From Auanema rhodensis (lineage: Eukaryota > Animalia > Nematoda): a DNA stretch of 64,000 nucleotides. Every line of letters begins with the position of its first letter. Within the stretch, counting starts at the first letter, position 1. The stretch covers positions 12,586,001 through 12,650,000 of the forward strand of contig OZ059895.1 of the NCBI GenBank assembly GCA_964057225.1. The letters are read 5' to 3'. The position numbers and the translations under genes were made by a program. Below, one piece after another: positions 52,301 through 61,100 of the stretch. Below the pieces are notes generated by a model. It was not told where the DNA came from and made no database searches. It saw nothing but the letters and a program-made list of their open reading frames with translations.

Positions 52301-53902
52301 AATAAAGCCAAGCCACCTGATTTAATAGAAAGATTTTATTATTCATTTGTTGACGTTATTTATTCTCACAATAATTTCTTTGTTTAAGTAAGAGTATTCT
52401 TGGAAAAACCCTGTGATCAGGTGGCCGAGTGGTTAAGGCGATGGACTGCTAATCCATTGGGGTTTCCCCGCGTGAGTTCGAATCTCATCCTGATCGTTAA
52501 TTTTGTTTTTTATCACAACGGAGGCTCCATTCAAACTATCCTTTTCTAAATAAAGCCAAGCCACCTGATTTAATAGAAAGATTTTATTATTCATTTGTTG
52601 ACGTTATTTATTCTCACAATAATTTCTTTGTTTAAGTAAGAGTATTCTTGGAAAAACCCTGTGATCAGGTGGCCGAGTGGTTAAGGCGATGGACTGCTAA
52701 TCCATTGGGGTTTCCCCGCGTGAGTTCGAATCTCATCCTGATCGTTAGTTTTGTTTTTTATGACAACGGATGCTCCATTCAAACTATCATTTTCTAAATA
52801 AAGCCAAGCCACCTGATTTAATAGGAAGACTATATTATTCATTTGTTGATGTTATTTATTCTCACAATAGTTTCTTTGTTTATGTAAGAGTATTCTTGGA
52901 AAAACCCTGTGATCAGGTGGCCGAGTGGTTAAGGCGATGGACTGCTAATCCATTGGGGTTTCCCCGCGTGAGTTCGAATCTCATCCTGATCGTTAGTTTT
53001 GTTTTTTATCACATCGGATGCTCCATTCAAACTATCATTTTCTAAATAAAGCCAAGCCACCTGATTTAATAGAAAGATTTTATTATTCATTTGTTGACGT
53101 TATTTATTCTCACAATAATTTCTTTGTTTAAGTAAGAGTATTCTTGGAAAAACCCTGTGATCAGGTGGCCGAGTGGTTAAGGCGATGGACTGCTAATCCA
53201 TTGGGGTTTCCCCGCGTGAGTTCGAATCTCATCCTGATCGTTAATTTTGTTTTTTATCACAACGGAGGCTCCATTCAAACTATCCTTTTCTAAATAAAGC
53301 CAAGCCACCTGATTTAATAGAAAGATTTTATTATTCATTTGTTGACGTTATTTATTCTCACAATAATTTCTTTGTTTAAGTAAGAGTATTCTTGGAAAAA
53401 CCCTGTGATCAGGTGGCCGAGTGGTTAAGGCGATGGACTGCTAATCCATTGGGGTTTCCCCGCGTGAGTTCGAATCTCATCCTGATCGTTAATTTTGTTT
53501 TTTATCACAACGGAGGCTCCATTCAAACTATCCTTTTCTAAATAAAGCCAAGCCACCTGATTTAATAGAAAGATTTTATTATTCATTTGTTGACGTTATT
53601 TATTCTCACAATAATTTCTTTGTTTAAGTAAGAGTATTCTTGGAAAAACCCTGTGATCAGGTGGCCGAGTGGTTAAGGCGATGGACTGCTAATCCATTGG
53701 GGTTTCCCCGCGTGAGTTCGAATCTCATCCTGATCGTTAATTTTGTTTTTTATCACAACGGAGGCTCCATTCAAACTATCCTTTTCTAAATAAAGCCAAG
53801 CCACCTGATTTAATAGAAAGATTTTATTATTCATTTGTTGACGTTATTTATTCTCACAATAATTTCTTTGTTTAAGTAAGAGTATTCTTGGAAAAACCCT
53901 GT

Positions 53903-53984
53903 GATCAGGTGGCCGAGTGGTTAAGGCGATGGACTGCTAATCCATTGGGGTTTCCCCGCGTGAGTTCGAATCTCATCCTGATCG
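53903..53984 (+). tRNA. tRNA-Ser(GCT), last of 56 copies
   Basis: Same sequence as 40266-40347. Confidence 0.97.
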
Positions 53985-54145
53985 TTAGTTTTGTTTTTTA
54001 TGACAACGGATGCTCCATTCAAACTATCATTTTCTAAATAAAGCCAAGCCACCTGATTTAATAGGAAGACTATATTATTCATTTGTTGATGTTATTTATT
54101 CTCACAATAGTTTCTTTGTTTATGTAAGAGTATTCTTGGAAAAAC

Positions 54146-54741
54146 CGTTACTTATTGTTTCTTCCCGTCTTTTCATGGTCGGAAGATATATGTACTTCTA
54201 CCTTGTTCCTTAGGTAGGCAGACCCGAACGTCCCGATTTCCTTATTAAGACAAATACTTAAAGAGAAAAGGATTCATTATCAGATAACAAGGAAATACAA
54301 TATATGAATTACATTAAGAAAGAATATAAAGAGATATAATAAAGTATTAAATAGAGTATATATATAGATGATATAGAGATGAGACTCACATGACTATAAG
54401 ACAACCTATCTGGGTTAGGCCAGAAGCAAGAGTGCCATGTGTGTCCCATGTTGTAGGCGGGGCTTGTTCAGGCTCCCGCTATTTGAATAGCGCGCACATG
54501 TTTACCATGTGCTTGCAGATGTGACATCCCCCCACCTTAAAAAGTTGAACGTCCTCGTTCAAAAACAAAATAAATTAATTCACTTTTTAAGATAGTTGGA
54601 TGTTGGAAAAAAAAAATCATGGTGTAGTCGATAAAAAATAATGTATACAATACGATTTGAAAGTTTAGCTATTGTCTCTTCAAGTTTGTTGAATTCAAAA
54701 TGTAGTATCGAATAGATTCTATTCCATTCACTTGAGTAGTG
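54146..54741 (-). mobile_element. Fragment of an element-B-family copy: 3' LTR (54146-54526), PPT and ~215 bp of 3' UTR
   Basis: Near-identical to 57151-57735 apart from SNPs and a ~12-bp indel. PPT AAGGTGGGGGGA lies directly before TGTCAC on the minus strand. The internal end is fused to the middle of a tRNA-Thr gene via a TG microhomology. Confidence 0.9.
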
Positions 54742-54784
54742 TCTAGTAAACAGAAGGTCGCTGGTTCGATTCCAGCATGAGGCA
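54740..54784 (+). pseudogene. 5'-truncated tRNA-Thr(AGT)
   Basis: tgtctagtaaacagaaggtcgctggttcgattccagcatgaggca is the 3' part of the gene only. Confidence 0.85.
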
Positions 54785-54956
54785 TCGTTTTAGACTTTTT
54801 CAAACTATTTTGAGGATTAATTCGTGCTTCTCGAAGCTTTTACTTCAGGTTACATCTTCTCTTATTCATTCAAATGAAATGTTTCAATTGAATATGTAAA
54901 CGCATTGTTGAAAGTGACTAAGAGATTATTATCGACAAAAGAAAATAACTTATCAA

Positions 54957-55028
54957 GCCTCATTGGCTCAGGGGCAGAGCGTCTGTCTAGTAAACAGAAG
55001 GTCGCTGGTTCGATTCCAGCATGAGGCA
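54957..55028 (+). tRNA. tRNA-Thr(AGT)
   Basis: GCCTCAT/ATGAGGC acceptor stem, TCTGT-CTAGTAA-ACAGA anticodon arm, GGTTCGATTCC, A discriminator. Confidence 0.95.
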
Positions 55029-55200
55029 TCGTTTTAGACTTTTTCAAACTATTTTGAGGATTAATTCGTGCTTCTTGAAGCTTTTACTTCAGGTTACATC
55101 TTCTCTTATTCATTCGAATGAAATATTTTACTTCAATACGGAGCAGTATTGTTAAAAGTGACAAAGTGATTATTATCGACAAATGAAAACAACTTATCAA

Positions 55201-55272
55201 GCCTCATTGGCTCAGGGGCAGAACGTCTGTCTAGTAAAAAGAAGGTCGCTGGTTCGATTCCAGCATGAGGCA
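55201..55272 (+). tRNA. tRNA-Thr(AGT) variant (D-stem and anticodon-stem mismatches)
   Basis: gaacgtc and agtaaaaaga. Confidence 0.75.
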
Positions 55273-55444
55273 TCGTTTTGGACTTTTTCAAACTATTTTG
55301 AGGATTAATTCGTGCTTCTTGAAGCTTTTACTTCAGGTTACATCTTCTCTTATTCATTCGAATGAAATATTTTACTTCAATACGGAGCAGTATTGTTAAA
55401 AGTGACAAAGTGATTATTATCGACAAATGAAAACAACTTATCAA

Positions 55445-55516
55445 GCCTCATTGGCTCAGGGGCAGAGCGTCTGTCTAGTAAACAGAAGGTCGCTGGTTCG
55501 ATTCCAGCATGAGGCA
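55445..55516 (+). tRNA. tRNA-Thr(AGT)
   Basis: Consensus copy. Confidence 0.95.
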
Positions 55517-55688
55517 TCGTTTTAGACTTTTTCAAACTATTTTGAGGATTAATTCGTGCTTCTCGAAGCTTTTACTTCAGATTACATCTTCTCTTATTCA
55601 TTCAAATGAAATGTTTCAATTGAATATGTAAACGCATTGTTGAAAGTGACTAAGAGATTATTATCGACAAAAGAAAATAACTTATCAA

Positions 55689-55760
55689 GCCTCATTGGCT
55701 CAGGGGCAGAGCGTCTGTCTAGTAAAGAGAAGGTCGCTGGTTCGATTCCAGCATGAGGCA
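55689..55760 (+). tRNA. tRNA-Thr(AGT) variant (anticodon-stem mismatch)
   Basis: agtaaagaga. Confidence 0.8.
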
Positions 55761-55932
55761 TCGTTTTAGACTTTTTCAAACTATTTTGAGGATTAATTCG
55801 TGCTTCTCGAAGCTTTTACTTCAGGTTACATCTTCTCTTATTCATTCAAATGAAATGTTTCAATTGAATATGTAAACGCATTGTTGAAAGTGACTAAGAG
55901 ATTATAATCGAGAAATGAGAATAACTTATCAA

Positions 55933-56004
55933 GCCTCATTGGCTCAGGGGCAGAGCGTCTGTCTAGTAAACAGAAGGTCGCTGGTTCGATTCCAGCATGA
56001 GGCA
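55933..56004 (+). tRNA. tRNA-Thr(AGT)
   Basis: Consensus copy. Confidence 0.95.
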
Positions 56005-56176
56005 TCGTTTTAGACTTTTTCAAACTATTTTGAGGATTAATTCGTGCTTCTCGAAGCTTTTAATTCAGGTTACATCTTCTCTTATTCATTCAAATGAAAT
56101 GTTTCAATTGAATATGTAAACGCATTGTTGAAAGTGACTAAGAGATTATAATCGAGAAATGAGAATAACTTATCAA

Positions 56177-56248
56177 GCCTCATTGGCTCAGGGGCAGAGC
56201 GTCTGTCTAGTAAACAGAAGGTCGCTGGTTCGATTCCAGCATGAGGCA
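56177..56248 (+). tRNA. tRNA-Thr(AGT)
   Basis: Consensus copy. Confidence 0.95.
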
Positions 56249-56420
56249 TCGTTTTAGACTTTTTCAAACCATTTTGAGGATTAATTCGTGCTTCTCGAAG
56301 CTTTTACTTCAGGTTACATCTTCTCTTATTCATTCAAATGAAATGTTTCAATTGAATATGTAAACGCATTGTTGAAAGTGACTAAGAGATTATTATCGAC
56401 AAAAGAAAATAACTTATCAA

Positions 56421-56492
56421 GCCTCATTGGCTCAGGGGCAGAGCGTCTGTCTAGTAAACAGAAGGTCGCTGGTTCGATTCCAGCATGAGGCA
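56421..56492 (+). tRNA. tRNA-Thr(AGT)
   Basis: Consensus copy. Confidence 0.95.
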
Positions 56493-56664
56493 TCGTTTTA
56501 GACTTTTTCAAACTATTTTGAGGATTAATTCGTGCTTCTTGAAGCTTTTACTTCAGGTTACATCTTCTCTTATTCATTCGAATGAAATATTTTACTTCAA
56601 TACGGAGCAGTATTGTTAAAAGTGACAAAGTGATTATTATCGACAAATGAAAACAACTTATCAA

Positions 56665-56736
56665 GCCTCATTGGCTCAGGGGCAGAGCGTCTGTCTAGTA
56701 AAAAGAAGGTCGCTGGTTCGATTCCAGCATGAGGCA
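56665..56736 (+). tRNA. tRNA-Thr(AGT) variant (anticodon-stem mismatch)
   Basis: agtaaaaaga. Confidence 0.8.
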
Positions 56737-56908
56737 TCGTTTTGGACTTTTTCAAACTATTTTGAGGATTAATTCGTGCTTCTTGAAGCTTTTACTTCAG
56801 GTTACATCTTCTCTTATTCATTCGAATGAAATATTTTACTTCAATACGGAGCAGTATTGTTAAAAGTGACAAAGTGATTATTATCGACAAATGAAAACAA
56901 CTTATCAA

Positions 56909-56980
56909 GCCTCATTGGCTCAGGGGCAGAGCGTCTGTCTAGTAAACAGAAGGTCGCTGGTTCGATTCCAGCATGAGGCA
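56909..56980 (+). tRNA. tRNA-Thr(AGT)
   Basis: Consensus copy. Confidence 0.95.
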
Positions 56981-57150
56981 TCGTTTTAGACTTTCTCAAA
57001 CTATTTTGAGGATTAATTCGTGCTTCTTGAAGCTTTTACTTCAGGTTACATCTTCTCTTATTCATTCAAAAAAAAATGTTTCAATTGAATATGTACACGC
57101 ATTGTTGAAAGTGACTAAGAGATTATAATCGAGAAATGAGAATAACTTAT

Positions 57151-57519
57151 CGTTACATATTGTTTCTTCCCGTCTTTTCATGGTCGGAAGATATATGTAC
57201 TTCTACCTTGTTCCTTAGGTAGGCAGACCCGAACGCCCCGATTTCCTTATTAAGACAAATACTTAAAGAGAAAAGGATTCATTATCAGATAACAAGAAAA
57301 TACACATTAAGAAAGAATATAAAGAGATATAATGAAGTATTAAATAGAGTATATATATAGATGATATAGAGATGAGACTCACATGGCTATAAGACAACCT
57401 ATCTGGGTTAGGCCAGAAGCAAGAGTGCCATGTGTGTCCCATGTTGTAGGCGGGGCTTGTTCAGGCTCCCGCTATTTGAATAACGCGCACATGTTTACCA
57501 TGTGCTAGCAGATGTGACA
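57151..57519 (-). repeat. 3' LTR of element B (369 bp)
   Basis: Starts TGTCAC right after the PPT, ends GTAAC(G) at the tRNA-spacer junction; second copy at 54146-54526. Confidence 0.9.
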
Positions 57520-57531
57520 TCCCCCCACCTT
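57520..57531 (-). promoter_or_regulatory. Polypurine tract
   Basis: AAGGTGGGGGGA abutting the LTR TG. Confidence 0.88.
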
Positions 57532-58123
57532 AAAAAGTTGAACGTCCTCGTTCACAAAAAAAAAATTAATTAATTCACTTTTTAAGATAGTTGGGTGTTG
57601 GAAAAAAAAATCATGGTGTAGTGGATAAAAAAAAATGTATACAATACGATTTGAAAGTTTAGCTATCGTCTCTTCAAGTTTGTTGAATTCGAAATGTAGT
57701 ATCGAGTAGATTCTATTCCATTCACTTGAGTAGTGAAATGCTTGCAAACGAGAGCTTTGCTTCTAAACCATTCGACTGTGATATAGTCGTTCATTTTCTC
57801 GAGTTGTACAGGTACGGTGTTACCCTGAGAATAGGTCGAGCCCGTTCTGTACAAAAAAATGAAAACTCGTTTAACCCGTATGACTAATGTCCATAAGGTG
57901 AATACAAGTAATGATTAAGCATAAAAAATAGCAAAATTCACAAGAGAATGTTGAAAAAAAATCTACTCAATGAGAGTTGGAGTAATAAAACAAACTTTTG
58001 TAAAACAATAGCAGACTTCTCAGAGAAAATCAATCAACAACAAAGAAGTGGTACAATCAGAAATGGCACAAAATAAAATAAAAAAAATTTCAACAATTTG
58101 ATTTTGTTAAAAAAAAACTACCT

Positions 58124-61100
58124 TCAAGAAATTGTGATAACCGGAATAGATGTTGTCCGTTGGTAAGGTTTGACGAAGTCCTTGTGTACTCTTCTGCTTT
58201 TTCCTTTATCTGTTTGAACCACGACGAAAGATCTTTGAACTGCTGTAACTAAATAAGGCCCTTCGAATGAAGGTGTTAGTTTGTTTCGAGTAGAATTCAC
58301 TTTTATCATAACTAAGTCATTAACCTGAATTTCTTTATTTTGTGTTCTATTTCGTGTATTGTACCGTTGTTCATTCTTCTTTGTGCATGTTTCAATTCTA
58401 TCTTTTACTATATTAGATGTGCTTTCATTTTGTATTAGCGATCTATTGACAAAATCTTCTGTAGGATTGGCTGGTTCTTCAGTTTGAAGATTATTTCCAG
58501 GCAATTGATGGTCAATAGGAAGTCTTGCATCCCGACCAAATAATACAACATATGGACTAATAGATGTTGATGAGTTTGGTAACGTATTGATCGCAAACAT
58601 AACTTTAGGTAGGTGTATATCCCAGTTAGTTTGTTGTTCATTCACGAATGAAGAGAGAGCTTCTTCTAAAGTTCTATGAAGTCTCTCCACTTGTCCATTA
58701 GCATTTTTATGATATGGTAGCGTAGTAGTGTGTTCAATTCCAAATTGTTTACACATAGCTTGAAATTCAGATGACAAAAAGCTACTACCATTATCGGTTA
58801 TCATACTCATTGGTGGTCCATATATGAAAACAAATCTAATTACAAACGCTTTTGTGATTTCAGTAGCCGTTTGTGTTATTAATGGGCAAGTTGTTCCCCA
58901 TTTACTAAAAGCGTCTTGAATACTCAAGATGTATCGATGTCCATCATTAGTGCGAGGTGAAGGACCTAGTATATCTACATGAATACGATCAAATGGCTTT
59001 TCGGGTACAACAAATCTTCCCATAGGTTGAATATACGATTGGTGTGGGTTAGATTTCCTACTTGCACATTTTGTACAACGATTAATAAATTCAGTTATTT
59101 GTGGAACCATATTAGTCCAAAAGAATCGTCGTCGAATCGCATCAGTAGTTTTATTTATACCTAGGTGTGCACCAATTTTGGAATCTTCATGAAAAAACTT
59201 GATAACAACATCAGTTATTTTGTCGTTACGAGGCAAAATAATAGATGGTTTCAAATAATTTTTCGCTTGTTTTGCATGTAATATGCCTTCTCGTTCTTCA
59301 TACCGGTCTGATATATTAGCCGGACAGTTATCATTATTAATTTGAGAAAGTGCTTCGCGAATCCAGGGAACTCCAGCTTGAACTTTCCGTATTTCTTCAC
59401 AATTTAGTTGGTCAATAGAAGAAATAGTTGTGATATGAGCAATAAAAGCATCAACAGGTTTTACTTTGTCCTTTGGTTTAGTAGGACGACTGTCATTTGC
59501 TTCGTTTCCTATATACCTGGAGAGAGCATCACAGACACTGTTTAATTTGCCAGGACGATATTCAATCTTTATGTTGAAATCTTGTATCATTAGTTGATAC
59601 TTGGCTAATCTACCTATGAGATCTTTACGCGACATTAAACTGGTTAATGGTCGGTGATCTGTGATAACTGTGGTAGGTACTCCTAATACATAGGTACGGA
59701 ATTGTTGAAGAGCAAAGACTAAACCGAGTGCTTCAACTTCAATAGGAGGATATTTCCGTTCCGCTGGAGTCAACTTTCTACTAGCGAACGCAATCGGGTG
59801 TAATGGAGAATTTTTCTCTGCTGATTGCAATAAAACTGCTCCCACAGCGATCATACTGCCATCACTTTCTATAACAAAAGGTTGGTCTGCTTTAGGAGGT
59901 TTCAGTACAGGGGCAGTACACAGTAATGTTTTTAAAGTTTCAAATGCGTCTGCATGTTCCGATTTCCACTCAAAAGGAGTATCCTTATGTGTTAACTTAT
60001 ACAATGGCTCAGCTATTCCGGCATAATTTTGAATAAACCGTCGAAAATAGTTAGTCATACCTAGAAAGGATCTGACAGCCGTAACTGTGCTTGGATTTGG
60101 AAATTCGGAAACAGCCTGTATTTTAGCAGGATCTGGTTTAACACCATTTCTACCTATTATAAAACCCAAAAACTTTACTTCAGTGGCTGCAAAGCAACAT
60201 TTAGATAACTTAATTTTTAACCCTAGTTCAGTGACCTTTTTCAGCACTTCTTGTATATCTCTTAAATGTTCTTCAGCTGAGTTCGAAATTATTAGCAAAT
60301 CATCTAGATATACAAACAGTTTGCATCTAACAAGAGATTGCAAGTATCGTACTGCGGATTGAAAAGTGTGTGGCGCTCCACACAATCCCATAGGCATTCG
60401 GCAATACTGATAGGTACCTGATGGAGTGGTAAAAGCAGTTAAGTATCTATCTGAGCGTTTCAACGGTATTTGGAAGAAACCAGAAATGAGATCAAAATTC
60501 GAAAAGAACTGAGCTCCAGCCGCTAAGTCTATGATATCAGGAATGTGTGGGATGCTGTATGTTTGTTTCTTAGTAACACTATTCAATGCTCTAAAGTCAG
60601 TAACGAACCGGAAAGAATTATCTTTCTTTTTCACAAGAACAACCGGACTAGTGAAAGTAGCCGTCGAATTTTCGATTATACCTTGCGACAACATTTCTTT
60701 CACTTGCCGTTCTACTTCTTCTTGCTTACCCAATGGTACTCTGTAAGATCTACTTTTTGGAAAATCCATATCAGATCTTATAGGAATGGCATGTTCAACT
60801 GGTCCGCAAAAGAGACCAATATTATGATCATGGTTGAAAAATGCCGTTTGGTTTTCCTTAATGATTGTGATCAGATTTTTCTTCATTTTATGAGACAGAG
60901 TGCAAGAATTGAAGTTCAAATCATCCAAAAGATGCTGAGGAAAAGTTGGTAACTTATCTTCCCAATCAGCTTCAGGTGGAACATAATCGTTCATAATTTC
61001 TTTAGATGCTATAAGTCCTGAACCAATGTGGTCATTTTTATTAATTTTAATTGGCTTTGAAGAATTGTTTGATACTACCATAGTAATAGGAAAAGGTCCT

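Larger units (their letters stand above)
40050..54145 (+). repeat. tRNA-Ser(GCT) tandem array, 248-bp unit, 56 genes
   Basis: 82-nt genes start at 40266+248n up to 42002, then 42249+248n up to 50681, then 50928, 51176, 51424, then 51671+248n up to 53903. Each is followed by TTTTGTTTTTT. Confidence 0.97.
54740..57151 (+). repeat. tRNA-Thr(AGT) tandem array, 244-bp unit, two spacer types
   Basis: Genes start at 54957, 55201, 55445, 55689, 55933, 56177, 56421, 56665, 56909. Confidence 0.96.

Noticed and set aside
40158-54213. Repeated 91-aa ORFs (MLHSNYHF...)
   Set aside because: They read through the tRNA-Ser gene and spacer, and are opened or closed by a single TAT/TAA SNP. This is an artefact of the repeat.
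54862-56511. Repeated 61-aa minus-strand ORFs (MKKSKTMPHAGIEPAT...)
   Set aside because: Antisense translation of tRNA-Thr; GIEP is the typical reverse reading of the T-loop.
38740-57000. Functional link between the Thr/Ser-rich Env stalk and the adjacent Thr and Ser tRNA arrays
   Set aside because: tRNAs act in trans, so proximity gives no support; insertion preference explains the adjacency.
54146-57519. Two direct LTRs enclosing the tRNA-Thr array as one tRNA-carrying element (Cassandra/TRIM-like)
   Set aside because: Both LTRs have a PPT and the same 3' UTR beside them, so both are 3' LTRs of separate copies. The flanks also come from different arrays.
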